Positions 1-12,860 of a stretch of DNA of 64,000 nucleotides are shown piece after piece; position 1 is the stretch's first letter, and each line of letters begins with the position of its first letter. The position numbers and the translations under genes are program-made. Below the pieces are notes generated by a model. The model searched no databases. It was not told the DNA's origin and saw nothing but the letters and a program-made list of their open reading frames with translations. Source of the DNA: Octopus sinensis (Eukaryota); the NCBI RefSeq assembly GCF_006345805.1, contig NC_043005.1, positions 100,998,001 through 101,062,000 on the forward strand, written 5' to 3'.

Positions 1-961
1 TTTGTCAAGCAGCTAATAAAAATCTTGAGTCATCGAGTTATCAGTGATACTTAATCAACAAGGTGCTTGTTGAAAGAATTCCCTTAATTCATGTGGTAAA
101 TTGGAAAAGCTAAAATATATCAATACGGAATTTCTTTGAAATGAAATATATGGCTAGCTGGCACAATGACAATAAAACTATGAGGAAAGGTACAGTAGCC
201 AAGTAACGGCAATGTAGATTAAAGGGCAGAAGTGATTAGATAACAATAAGCCTCAAGAGAGGAAAAGGACTGTGATGACTCGAAGAGTAATCAAACATAA
301 ACATTCAACCGATGGAATATTTAAATAAGAATCTCTGAGAATGCTAATGCAATGAAATTCTAGCAGAAATGATCAAACAATCAGAATGTCAATATGGTTC
401 AGAATAGAACAAAGGAAGACACAGTACAAAAGTTCTCATTACAACCCTTGGCAGGAATTTTCTATGAATTGTTCTAATGATATCTTTTAATCTCTCAAAA
501 TTTATTCTTGTTTTCCAGACAACATTTCAGATTCCCAAATCATTTGTTGTTTGGATGAATTGAGAAATAATAATTTATAATTAAGGCACAAGAATGGCAA
601 TTTGAAAGGGAAGGGGTATGTCCATATCATTGATCCCAGTGCTTGACTAGCACTTTATTTTATTGGCCCTGTAGGGATCAAAGGTAAGGTTGATCTCAAT
701 GGAAAGAAATAACACAAGGCATTTTATTCTGATGCGGCAACATTCCTGCCAACTTGCAACCTTCACAATGATGGTTTCTGATTCAGGCACAAGGGCAGCA
801 ATTATTAGAAGAATGACTTAGTTGATTATTACATTGACCCCAGTATATGACTGGTATTTTATTTTACCAATCTTGCGGGGTGGGGATGAAAGGCAAAGTT
901 CAACTCAGAACATAAAGAGCAAGTAGAACTTCCATGAAGGATTTTGTGCAATGCTCTAATG

Positions 962-1187
962 CAGCATTTCTCAACCAGGGTTCCACAAAAGGTTCCAAGG
1001 GGTTCTCTGAGAAAGAGTGAGAAAGCTTGTGCTAATTTCACGATCAAAATATTACTATACATGCACAACATATTATTGGTTGTTGTAATATTGTAATATA
1101 AACATCATCCTAGCTAACCTACGATGTCATCGAAAAAATATAACAACCATACACACACATATGTATATATATGTGTATATATATATA

Positions 1188-1265
<78 letters not shown>

Positions 1266-1382
1266 ATACTTACATGTGAACTACGATGGAAAAAATATAA
1301 GATATGATATATAATTTTTTTGTGCAGGGGTATCCTTGAGACATGTAATTTATTTTAAGGGTGAAAAGGTTGAGAAACCCTG
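962..1382. mobile_element. hAT (Charlie-like) MITE
   Basis: TIRs cagcatttctcaacc / ggttgagaaaccctg; 8-bp TSD ctctaatg at 954-961 and 1383-1390; internal TA/TG microsatellite. Confidence 0.85.
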
Positions 1383-1777
1383 CTCTAATGAGTCATCCTA
1401 TGAGAAGGATAAAGGAGATGCCTTAAAGAGAAGTTGTTACAGAAAGAGTTATAACCTAATTAATTAGGAACAGAATTAGATTAGATCAGATGCAGTTTGG
1501 TTTTGTACCAAGAAGACAACAACAGGATTACTTTGGTCTTTCTGAATGATTCCTTAGTAAACAGAACAAACACATGACTGGGATAATCAGGCCTGAATGT
1601 GACACGTAAAATAACAGTCAGAGTAAATAGCACAAAATCAAATTCTTATTCCAAAAAACCTAAATCATATTTAGTTATACTGGGAAACACAAAAAAGTTA
1701 CAAGTTCTTATACTCTGCTTTTCTGATATACTCAGACCTTAAGGCTCAGGTTACTTTAACCAGCAATAGTTAATACC

Positions 1778-1996
1778 TATTTCTTTACTACCCACAAGGG
1801 GCTAAACACAGAGAGGACAAACAAGGAGAGACAAACGGATTAAGTCAGTTATATCGACCCCAGTGCATAACTGGTACTTATTTAATCGACCCCAAAAGGA
1901 TGAAAGGCAAAGTCGACCTCAGCACGTAGTGGCAGATGAAATACTGCTAGGCATTTTGCCCGGCGTGCTAACATTTCTGCCAGCTCACCGCCTTCT
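1778..1996 (-). mobile_element. SINE family A (tRNA-like head, central cctttcatcctttcggggtcgat domain)
   Basis: Matches the many other copies in the window; 15-bp TSD gcaatagttaatacc at 1763-1777 and 1997-2011. Confidence 0.9.
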
Positions 1997-2659
1997 GCAA
2001 TAGTTAATACCATCTACCATCTGCTAGACATTATCCAACTGAACAGAGAGTAATTTACAGACAACCACTGTAGGTTTCTTGATGACAAGGTGATAAATCA
2101 TTTATCAGTAAATTGAAAATATTCTTACAGAAGTGACAATATTTCAGTGGAAAGCTTAGCACATTGCAATGTATTTTCAAAAAATTACAAACTTAGCTTA
2201 TTTGCTATTGGGATTATCAATAAAAACTTTCAAATATGAAAGAATAATTTTACTCAGACTCATTTGTTGTCTTTTCTTCCCCTGGCACAGAAACATTGTA
2301 ACAAAAATAAAAGATTTTAAGTAAATTCTAAATACAAAACATAAAACTCTTCAAGTCTATTTATACTCCAAACAAAATCTCAGACAATTCCAACACATTT
2401 GGTTATCTTATTTCTGAACAAACTGTCTCCGTAGCACGACTAACACTTTTGAATTCCAAACATTCACTTGCATTTTAAGCTCTCCTATCACTCAAATCTG
2501 TTAATATTATTCATATGAAGATAACATCACACCAGCCTCCTCTTGGATAGACAGAGCCCTCAAAAGCACCCTGGTTGTAGCTTCTGACTATCAATGAGAA
2601 TATATCCTGATGAAAGCATATCCTTAACCCCCAGCAATTATTGATACTCTATAATAAGG

Positions 2660-3260
2660 CTCAAGTGTGGCACACAGCATAATATGCTCTCACATCTGGG
2701 CCAGTGTTGTTGTTGCATATACAGACACCCTGAACTACATCCAGGAAAGTGTCATCCAACTCACAAACAAACTCCAGTATCTGACCCACAGACATGCTCT
2801 CACTCTCTCTCCCCTCTCTCTCCTTCTCTCTCTTCCCTCTCTCTCTTTCTCTCTCCCTCTCTTCCCCCTCTCTCTCCCCCTCTTTCTCCTTTTGTCTCCC
2901 CCTCTCTCTCTTTCTCTCTATCCCCTCTCTATCTCCTCTCTCTCTCCTTCTCTCTCTCCCCTCTCTCTCTTTCTCTCTCCCTCTCTCGCTCCTTCTCTCC
3001 CCCCCTCTTTCTCCTTCTCTACCTTTCCTACTGCTACTATGATTATCTTTGTTCTTTCATGCAGGCTGGATTTGTACTGCTTTTATCCCATTCATCTCTC
3101 CTCCTCTCATCATGCTTGTTGTGTTCAGCACCACCTCAGGCCACACTTGAATCCCTGCACCCAAGCCTTGCTCCCCAGGACATTAGCTATCTGGAATTCC
3201 ATTCCTGCAGGTATTGATTTGTAAGGTCCAAGCAGAACACCAATCTCCTTCATAAAGAAG
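2660..3260 (+). mobile_element. Decayed CR1/Zenon-like LINE ORF2 C-terminal fragment split by a CT microsatellite
   Basis: Translations CSHIWASVV..., YCYYDYLC and PRTLAIWNSIP resemble CR1-group ORF2 C-terminal motifs (CSHIW, RYY, PRT..WNSLP). Confidence 0.55.
2797..3020. repeat. (CT)n-rich microsatellite
   Basis: About 220 bp of pure C/T sequence; source of the L/S/P-rich ORFs. Confidence 0.95.
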
Positions 3261-3633
3261 CATCTACAAAGACCAAGGGCTCCTGACTATTCCTCCAGAT
3301 GCAGAAAGTAACAACAAATTTAGAGTGACTTTGACCTATTCTATACAGTCTCTCTGAATAGCCAAAGTTCATCACCCAAAATGGGTTTATTTAGAAATCT
3401 GAAATTAAACTTAACAAAATTAGAAATTGTAGTCTATTGCTTTCTATTAAAATTTAATTACCACAAACTAAAATTGCTGCAAAGGAATTATCAGGAAAGC
3501 AAACATGCTTTGTTCAGTGCACATCTAAATAAACTTTGCCTGTTCAATCATAGTTGTGCTTCCGAATCCCTTGCTAAATCCATCTCAAATCACCATGGTA
3601 ATATGCTTCCTTTTCAATCTAAATTGCTTTATT

Positions 3634-3962
3634 CAAAGGAGCACTCCGTCGTTTACGACGATGAGGGTCCCAGCTGATACGATCAATGGAACAGTCTGCT
3701 CGTGAAATTAATGTGCAAGTGACTGAGCAATCCACAGACATGTTTACCCCTAACATAGTTCTCAGGGAGATTTAGCATGACACAGAGTGTGACAAGGCCA
3801 GCCCTTTGAAATACAAGTGCTACTCATTTTTGCCAGCTGAGTGGGCTGGAGCAACATGAAATAAAGTGTCTTCCTTAAGGACACAACGTGTCACTGTGAA
3901 TCGAACTCACCACCTTACAATTGTGAGCCGAATACCCTAACCACTAAGCCACGCGCCTTCAC
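3634..3962 (-). mobile_element. SINE family F (tRNA head, CORE-like segment, tail ...acgacggagtgc)
   Basis: Homologous to 18125-18458 and 61630-61940; TSD aaattgctttatt at 3621-3633 and 3963-3975. Confidence 0.85.
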
Positions 3963-4384
3963 AAATTGCTTTATTAGTGACATACTAACTACCAGTAAAC
4001 TCATCTTGCCCTATATGAAATGAACTAGAGTGTTACCTGTTATATGACAAGCTGACAGACTACTTTGGCAGTATATTCTTCAACTATGAGCAATAATAGA
4101 AATTATGGCACACATACCATAACTATAATTTAACTTTCACTGAATTTGCCGTCCTCTTTGCCTTCTTTTTCTTTCTCATGTGTATCCCCATTGCACTGCT
4201 TAGTTATTTCCATTTTGGAGCTTCAGGAAACAACCAATTAAAAATAAAAGTTTATACATAAACTTTAGTGATGTTTTTCCCATTGGATAATATAGTCCAA
4301 GAATATCAAATACGATTTGTTTCTTTAGAAACTTATAGAAGCTGTTTAGATTTTTAAATTAACAAAACAGTAATTTCATTTTTA

Positions 4385-4702
4385 GATTTGGTTTGCAAGA
4401 TTCTTTATATGAGTTCGTGTGTTGAAGCATGTTCTGTTGTGTCTGGGGAGAGTCATTTTGTTTTGTGCCTTATAATGTAATACACTCACCAGTAAAATTT
4501 CCACTTATTTCTTAATTTTATTTTCCTTAAATTTTCGTTGCATCTTGCAACCCTTTCAATAGTCTTGACTCAAGACTATTAAAAAGGTTGCAAGACGCAA
4601 CGAAAATTTTAGGAAAATAAAAATAAGAAACAAGTGGAAATTTTACCGGTGTGTGTGTTACTTTATAAGGCACAAAACAAAATGACTCTCCCAGATACAA
4701 CA
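4385..4702. repeat. About 265-bp palindrome (centre 4569) of an interspersed repeat, possibly a PLE pseudo-LTR
   Basis: 4436-4568 is the near reverse complement of 4570-4701; a single-arm homolog lies at about 13375-13550. Confidence 0.85.
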
Positions 4703-5204
4703 AAGACAGTAATTCCTTTTAAGTAAAAAGGAAAAACAATTTTTTTTAAAAATGGATAAAATGCTTACTGGGGTTATTTTTCACAAGTCTTCTTGTTTAG
4801 TAATTAACAATTAAAAGAATTTTGACTCTATAATAAATTAGCTACACTTAATCTGATGCTCCCAATACCATTGTCAGTAGAAGGGATCATATAGGGACCA
4901 CATAGACACATTTTGAAACCCACAAACATTTGCAAAAATTCTAAAGCATGGTGTTTTATGGTTTGTAAAATATACTATAAAATGGTAATAAAGTCAGCTT
5001 AATTAATCTTAGTAATTACAGTTATCATTTACACAATACAAAAGAGAGTCCCCATATGTCTACAAAAATTCAAGTTTATTTCTGTATATTATTGACATTA
5101 TATATATATATATATGTACATACGTGTGTGTGTGTGTAAGTATGTGCATGTATATATGTGTGAATATATATATATATATATATATATACATGTGTGTGTG
5201 TGTG

Positions 5205-6253
5205 TAGCTTTTGTTACCTTGGTGACTAAATCAGTAGTGGGGGTGGATGCTCTGAGGGTATAGCTGTTAGAATAAGAATAGCCTGGGTAAAGTTCAGAGA
5301 GCTCCTACCTCTGCTGGTAACAAAGGGCCTCTTTGAAAGGTAGATTGTATGATGCCTGTGTACAAACAGCCATGCTACATGGCAGTGAAACATGGGCTGT
5401 GACTGCTGAGGAGATGTATAAGCTCGTAAGAAATTTAGTTAGTATGCTCCACCGGTTGTGTAATGTCAGTGTGCATGCACAACTGTGTGTAGGTGTCTGG
5501 AAAGAAAGGTTGGACATAAGAAGCACCAGATGTGGTGTGCAACAGAGATGACTGTGCTGGTATGGTCATGTGATGCATGTGGACGAGGACAGCTGAGTGA
5601 AAAAGTGTTGCACTCTAATGGTCGAGGGAACCTGTGGAAGAGGTAGGCCCAGGAAGACATGGGACGAGGTGGTGAAACATGATCTTCAAATGATGGGCTT
5701 CACAGAGGCAATGTCAATTGACTGAAGCCGTTGGGGATATGCTGTCCTTGAGAAAACCCGTCAAGCCAAGTGAGATCGTAGTCATGGCTGATGCCAGTGT
5801 TGTGTAATAGGCCCAATAAAAGCACCTTTCAATCACTGGAGGGTAAGCTGTGCTTGGGAAGACCTGTGAAACTGAGAGAAATCATAGCCATGGCCAATGC
5901 CAGTGCAGTCTGACAGGCACTCATGCTGGTGGTACGTAGAAAGCATCATTCATGCATTGGGCTTCATGAAAGCAGTGACAGGTGACCAAGACATTTGGTG
6001 AAATACCATGCTTGGGTACATCTGTCAAGCCATGTAAGATTGTAGTTGTGGGCAATGCCAGTGTCAGGCCAATGGCACGTAAAAAGCACCCACTACACTC
6101 TTGGAGTGGTTGGCATTAGGAAGAGCATCAAGCTGTAGAAACCTTGCCAAATCAGATCAGAACCTGGTGCAACCCCTCAGCTTACCAGTTTTCAGTCAAA
6201 CCGTTCAACCCATACCAGCATGGAAGGTGGACAATACATGATGATGATGATGA
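5205..6253 (+). mobile_element. RTE-clade LINE 3' fragment (ORF2 C-terminus, long 3' UTR, (GAT)n tail)
   Basis: FCYLGD...GGGCS...RIRIAWVKFRELLPLL...LYDACVQTAMLHGSETW...WYGHV...GRGRPRKTW; stops and frameshifts. Confidence 0.9.
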
Positions 6254-6519
6254 TATATATATGCATATATATATATATGTATATATCTATATCTATCTAT
6301 ATATATATATCTATATCTATATCTATCTATATATATAAATATATATCTATATCTATCTATCTATCTATATATATATATCTATATCTATCTATCTATCTAT
6401 ATATATATCTATATCTATCTATCTATATATATATCTATATCTATCTATCTATCTATATATATATCTATATCTATCTATCTATCTATATATATATCTATAT
6501 CTATCTATCTATCTATCTA

Positions 6520-6550
<31 letters not shown>
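6254..6550. repeat. Compound (AT)n/(ATCT)n microsatellite
   Basis: Direct reading; shows higher-order repetition of about 24-28 bp. Confidence 0.95.
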
Positions 6551-6555
<5 letters not shown>

Positions 6556-6805
6556 AATAATGAGGGAGATAAATTAATATTAATTTATCTCCCTCATTAT
6601 TTAAATATTAAAATAAATATGTTCTCTAATAGGCAGCATTAACCGCAGTAAACTATTTACTGCAGTTCTTCGCTTCCGGAATCTTTAGTGCGCCAGAACT
6701 AAGACATTTTAAATTATCCCTAATGTAATCGGTAAAACTAAACACGTGTCTGTTTTAGCACAGAAAGCTGGGGTTAGTTTTACAAATTACATTACCTGTC
6801 GGAAC

Positions 6806-6885
6806 GATCGCACTGACGAAACTACGGACATTTGGATTATGTAAGTAATTCTTTTGTTAATAGACGAAACCGCCGGTCTGTGATT
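6806..6885 (+). ncRNA. Candidate type-I hammerhead ribozyme with degenerate stem II
   Basis: Stem I GATCGCA/TGTGATT, CTGACGA 6813-6819, GAAA 6866-6869, stem III ACC-gcc-GGT, GUC site at 6878. Confidence 0.55.
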
Positions 6886-7338
6886 AATTCTGTTTTTTTA
6901 TATAATTTTCATCTGTCTTGCCCGACTAATTGTTCTGGTGTCCACTGAATGTTCTCCTCTAGAGAACATTCTTTGTAGTTTGATCATTGGTGATCTATTT
7001 CTAGCATATGGCCGACTACCTAGCGGTCTTGCCCTTTGAATATACACATGTATATATATATATATATAGACTTTCTTATGATTTTCAAGTCAACAATACT
7101 AGAAATAAATATAACAGAGACATAAGGTGTTTATTTGATGAATAAGGTTTGAAGATTTGTGTTTAAATCCTTCTCAAGCATATTGCTGATCTCATCCTAA
7201 TCTTTGAATATAAATGAATATGACAGTATTTACAAAATACAACTGTAGCCAAAGAATCGCAACAAAAAAATTATCAGTGTTAACAAAGACATATTAGACA
7301 GATTTGCACTCTCTCTCTCTCTCTTTCTCATATATATA

Positions 7339-7865
7339 TCTATAATAAAAAAAACGTGACATTCTGTTTGTCTGGGATCCCTGTATCTCAGTCGCCATTT
7401 GCTCTACATAGATATATTATACCTTTTAGGAATCAGGATGATCCTGGGATTGAAAATCTGCCCTTGATTTGGTTCTTGAACATCCAGCATTGGGACCTGA
7501 TTTAAAAGCATTTGGGTTGCTATTTCTAGCGGATAAAGCTTGGCTGATTCATGCTATCTTGGTTGGCATTTGGCAGATGATGTCAGAGATCAAGGGGAGA
7601 TAAATGGCATTCATTTTGTTAATTTTGTGTCGAGATAAGAACTTTGGGACAAATTGGCAAACAGTTGGAATTTACCTTGAGAATGGAACAGTAGAATGAT
7701 TGCATTACAGAATTAATTCTCATCCGTCCTTAACCACTGATTAAACACCACCAGGGCATATAGTCATTAGAGATGTATTATAGTTGTGCTATTTTAGCTT
7801 TCGTTAGTTTTAGCCCTCAACAGGAGCTAGCTTAAAAGTGCACATGGAGTGCAGCGTTTAAGTAG
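7339..7865 (+). mobile_element. Non-autonomous Helitron-like element
   Basis: 5' TC-tataataaaa...ctgtttgtctg; 3' hairpin tgcac-atgga-gtgca followed by ...GTAG|T (CTAG variant). Confidence 0.5.
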
Positions 7866-7877
7866 TATATATACATA

Positions 7878-8360
7878 TCATCATCATCATCGTTTAACAT
7901 CTGCTTTCCATGCTAGCATGGGTTGGACAATTTGACTGAGGACTGTCGAACCAGATGGCTGTACCAGGCTCCAATCTTGATCTGGCAGTGTTTCTACGGC
8001 TGGATGCCCTTCCTAACACCAACCACTCCAAGAGTGTAGTTGGTGCTGTTATGTGCCACCGGCATGAGGGTCAGTCAGACGGTACTGGCAACGACCACGC
8101 TTGAAATGGTGTTTTTATGTTCCACGTGCACAGGAGCCAGTCCAGCAGCACTGGCAATGACCTTGCTTCAATGTTTTTTTTTTACATGCCACTGGTACAA
8201 GTGCCAGTAAGATGATGCTGGTAATGACCATGCTTGAATGGTGCTTTTTATGTGCCACCAACATGGAAGCCAGTCAGCTGCTCTGGCAACGATCATGCCT
8301 GGATGGTGCTCTTAGCACTCCACTAGCTCAGATGCCAGTCATCGAATTTGGTATATATAT
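7878..8360 (-). mobile_element. RTE 3' UTR fragment
   Basis: Reverse complement of the 5800-6253 UTR, including the (CAT)n tail and internal gtgccaccggca repeats. Confidence 0.85.
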
Positions 8361-8444
8361 ATATACACACCCTTTTTGCTATGGGCACAAGGCTTGAAAT
8401 TTTATAGGGAGAAGACTACTTGATTAGATCAACTCCACTACTCA

Positions 8445-8790
8445 TCATCATCACCATCATCATAATCATTGCCATTATCATTTAACATCTGTTTTCCATG
8501 CTGGTATGGATTGGATGGTTTGACAGGAACTGGCAAAACCAGGAGCTGCACCAGGTACCATGGTCTGTTTTAGAATGGTTCCTACAACTAGATACCCTTC
8601 CTAACACCAACCACTTTACGGAGTGTACTAGGTGCTTTTTACTTGGCACCATCACCGATGCTTTTTACATGGAACCAACACCAGTGCTTTTTGTGTGGAA
8701 CCAATGCTTTTTACATGACCCCAGCACTTTTACATTATACTAATACCAGTGCCTTTCATGTGGTACTAGTACCAGTGCTTTTTACATAGC
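8445..8790 (-). mobile_element. RTE 3' UTR fragment, diverged
   Basis: (CAT)n tail, tttccatgctgg, ccttcctaacaccaaccact; short accagtgcttttt repeats. Confidence 0.75.
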
Positions 8791-9214
8791 AGCCATGACT
8801 CAGATGGTTGCTAATTTTATCAACCCCAAAAGGCTGAATGTCAAAGTCAACCTTCACAAAATTTGAACTCAAAAAAGATTATGAGCAATAAAACTGTAGA
8901 GTTTTAACACTAAATGCCATCAACTGAATTTCTATCGATTGTTAGACCTTCAATAAAATTCAGCCCGTGAAGCATTCAATACTTGTTGTTCTGCCATTAG
9001 TTTTGACTATTTGTTTTCATATCCTTCATTCTTTAAAACAGAGATAAAAATAATCTAGAACAACTACAGACGAACAGTATTATCTTCAACAGTGATTATA
9101 AAGTCTGCCTTCACAGTTCAGATGGAATTAACACATGTTCTTACACATTGTTCCAACACACATACATACACACATATGCACAAACACACAGACACACACA
9201 CACACATATATATA

Positions 9215-9245
<31 letters not shown>

Positions 9246-9987
9246 AAAATCCCCTAAATAATTTGCTGAGTACTACTTATAAAGACTTCAGGCTGTTCCT
9301 AAAACTGCAAAAGCAGCAATTAACATATCTCAATTTATTTATACAAGACTGAATCTTCAGATTCATTGAAGCTCAAAAACAAACAAAATCCATGGCTTCA
9401 GGATTGTATTCTGCAATATTCATGGCGGCACTTCCGATATTTATGCTGAGATGAAGTTGATTTGCAGACGCAGCCAACTCATTAGAGCAAGGTTAAACTA
9501 ACCAGGCACCATTGTGCCATTTTAAATAACAATTTATTTTATTTATCAAACTATGCTGGTACTACAGATGTGTAAATAATTGCTTAGTAAGAGCTAAAAT
9601 ACAAGGAGGTAAATATTTTACAGTCATCTAGTCTATAACATGGTAAAATGCAGCAGAATATATTTCTATATTCAGACTAGGAAATAATTCAGTGGTTTTG
9701 TAGTTTCTAAAATTTACAAAATTTACATATTCAAATGATTCCTTGCTATACGAATGTCACATTGAGTGGTATTTATAAACAAGTCAAACTCTGACCAAAA
9801 ACATCATATGTTATAAATGTAACAATATTCTCAAAATATATTGAATCTAAAATATTAGAAATAGAGATGATGACAGTTTTTGTACGTTTCACAATGAAAA
9901 ACTTGGATTGTTTGACAGAATTAAGCTTCCAAGTTCAAACTTCTTAACATGTCTAAATCTGTTCTCTGCCTATCATTGCCTTGTGTC

Positions 9988-10185
9988 TTTTATCTTTTAC
10001 TTGTTTCAGTCGTTTGGCTGTGGCCATGCTGGGGCACTGCCTTGAAGGGTTTTAGTCAAACAAATCGACCCCTGGACTTATTTTTTAAGTCTAGTACTTA
10101 TTCTATCAGACTCTTTTGCTGAACTGGTAAGTTGTGGGGATGCAAACACACCAGCACCAGTTGTCAAGTAGTGGTGGGGAACAAA

Positions 10186-10231
<46 letters not shown>

Positions 10232-10410
10232 ATACACACACACATACGACAGGCTTCCTTCAGTTTCTGTCAACCAGATCCACTCACAAGGCTTTGGTTG
10301 ACCTGAGGTTATATTAGAAGACAACTGCCCAGAATACCACGCAGTGAGACTGAACCCAGAACCACGTGGCTGGGAAGCAAGCTTCTGCAGACACAGCCAC
10401 GCCTCTGCCT
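9988..10410 (-). mobile_element. SINE family B (tRNA head, CORE-like ccttgggcaagtgtctt, internal (CA)n)
   Basis: Homologous to 38199-38573. Confidence 0.85.
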
Positions 10411-10435
10411 CTATATATATTATTCTACCATTTTG

Positions 10436-10654
10436 CCCTTTAGCGTTCAGATTATTCTGTCAAATACAATACTTATTCATCCATATTGTTTTAAGCTAAT
10501 CAGGCATTATTTCGTAGCTTCACAATTTCGATGAACTTATCACCTGTTTTTAGAATGACATTGTGGGTTGGAGTGAGAAAGCAAATCTGAGCAGTTTTAA
10601 TGTAAAACAGGTAGATTATTTGGGCCGGATATGGCCGGCTTAAACACTAAAGGG
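10436..10654. mobile_element. piggyBac-like MITE
   Basis: ccctttag...ctaaaggg termini, TTAA at the right end; homologs at 23310, 24052, 29828, 51304. Confidence 0.7.
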
Positions 10655-10905
10655 TTAATGGCTTCTGTCTAATTTCAGTGTAAAACTTGTATTCATAGGA
10701 CATCCCATACTTGTTCTTTCCTTCTGTTTTATGTGCTTCCCCTGCTCCCTTTTTTTCGTATCTGGAAGCTTCTTAAAGACATTTGTGGATGGATACGGAT
10801 GCATTGTCTCCATCCGCTTTGATGGTGAGTACTCAGTTGTTTGGTCAACTAAATTTCCGGCTCACTGAATAATTGCTTAAGTGGATCTCTTTCATCTTTT
10901 ACATA

Positions 10906-11294
10906 TACTTGTTTCAGCTATTTGACTGCGGCCATGCTGGAGCATCGCCTTTAGTCGAGCAAATCGACCCCAGGACTTATCTTTTGGAAGCCTAGTACTT
11001 ATTCTAGCGGTCTCTTTTGCCGAACCACTAAGTTACGGGGACGTAAACAACACCACCATCGGTTGTCAACAGATGTTGGGGGACAAATACAGACACACAC
11101 ACAAACACACACACACATATATACATATATACTATGGGCTTCTTTCAGTTTCCGCTTAATAAATCTACTCACAAGGCTTTGGACAGCCTGAGGCTATAGT
11201 AGAAAATACTTGCCCAATGTGCCACGCAGTGGGAATGAACCCGGAATCATGTGATTGGTAAGCAAGCTACTTACCACACAGCCACTCCTGCACC
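10906..11294 (-). mobile_element. SINE family B
   Basis: Full-length homolog of the other B copies. Confidence 0.9.
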
Positions 11295-11647
11295 TATGCT
11301 GTGTATTCCACAGACACAAGAACCCTTAATTCTTATGAATTACATTAAGAAGACTCAGCAAGATGCAGTGTGTAACAATGTTGTACCTTAGAATCATAGA
11401 TGCAATCCATCCGATGTGTTTCTGTGCAGCATTTGTCAACTCAATTTCCCTGACAAGTTATGGGTTGATCTGAGGATACATAAAATGACATTTGTCCAAG
11501 ATATCCAGCAATGGGATTAAACTCAGGGCCTTGTCATTGGAAAGTAAACTTCTCACCCATTTGGCCATGCTGTGCCTATACTATCACTTGCTATCGATGT
11601 TCAAAACTCTTATCTGATAGATCACCAATCAGTCAATCCTGCTATTA

Positions 11648-12212
11648 TTGGGTTGTCCCAAAGTTTGTGCCGATTTTTAAAGGAAAGAAAAAGGTCAATA
11701 AATACTTGCCATTACATTTTTAATCAACCAAATATGAACCATTTTGTTGCACAATTCATCTCCATCTTTCCTTTAACTTGAAAATACCCTCTTCCCAGAA
11801 TTGTGTTGGTTTCATGGCAAAGAATTCATCAAGGTATCTTTTTACATCATCCAAGGAATTGAAATTTTTACCATTAAGACTATTCTGCAGAGACCTGAAT
11901 AAGTGGAAATCCGAAGGAGCAATATCTGGTGAATATGGAGGGTGGGGTAACACATCCCAGCTGAGCTGCAGCAATTTTTGTCTGGTTCCCAAAGTGTCAA
12001 GTACCGAAAATGAACTTTCTTATCTTCCATTTTAAAGGGTTACAGAATAAACACAGGTTATAGGAACATAAACCTTCTTCCACGAAAAGATAGCTTAAAC
12101 TGTGCTCTAAATGGAGGTGTAGTCAAATCCTATTTTATGGACTCAAACATGTTCTAAAATAAGCCGAAAGGTAAACTACTATAAATCGGCACGAACTTTC
12201 CGGACAATCCAG
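11648..12212 (-). mobile_element. Internally deleted mariner (Tc1/mariner) element
   Basis: About 30-bp TIRs ttgggttgtcccaaagtttgtgccgattt / aaatcggcacgaactttccggacaatccag; TA TSD; MEDKKVHFR start fused to HPPYSPDIAPSDFHLFRSLQN C-terminus. Confidence 0.93.
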
Positions 12213-12860
12213 TACATAGTCACTTCCTCTGTATCACACTTGCTGCACACATTATAGTCTTTCCCCCTCTTCTACAAACAGAATCCCTTCATCCATTTCA
12301 AGGTCTCTCATTCTTAGCTTAGTCACATGATAATGTACTTCCAGTAAATCATCCAATAAGATAATAGTAGCTACTCTTCAGCCCTAGGTCATCCCTAATC
12401 AAGTTGACTAATAATTAAGGCATTCCAACCATGACGGTCTATTTTTTTAAAAATATATTTACAACTATATCATTCTTTGTCATATGTCTTCTCTTTTTCA
12501 GACAGTAATGTGTTACTTGAGTGGACCTGGCTGCTACTTCTAGTATGTCAAATTACCATGTATAAGCATTCTGAACTGCACAAGATTATAGTCGTTAGTT
12601 AAAGTATGTCTACATAAAGAAAACTAAATCAATAACTAATATTGGTTCTGATTCCATTGAATCTTAGCTGAAGCAAATGAGGGAGGTTTTATGTAGTCAT
12701 TTGGTCTTTTAGATATTACTTAAAATGTATGTCTTGTTATAAACAACAACAACAACAATATAAGGAATAAATGTATTTGTTAATGAAGTCTGATACACAT
12801 TTTGTCTGAAAAATGGACTGGATGGTCACAACTGGAACATCCTTGCTCAGAGGTCTACAT

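Noticed and set aside
2600-2640. CTGATGA at 2607
   Set aside because: No stem II/GAAA/stem III arrangement
2667-3224. 185-aa and 177-aa ORFs (longest in the window)
   Set aside because: Held open by a CT microsatellite lying inside a decayed LINE
6220-6642. 140-aa I/Y/S/L-rich ORF
   Set aside because: Translation of the (AT)/(ATCT) microsatellite
10699-10824. Plus-strand exon candidate ending ATG|GTGAGT
   Set aside because: Weak acceptor, unrecognised peptide; the antisense reading resembles a LINE C-terminal remnant
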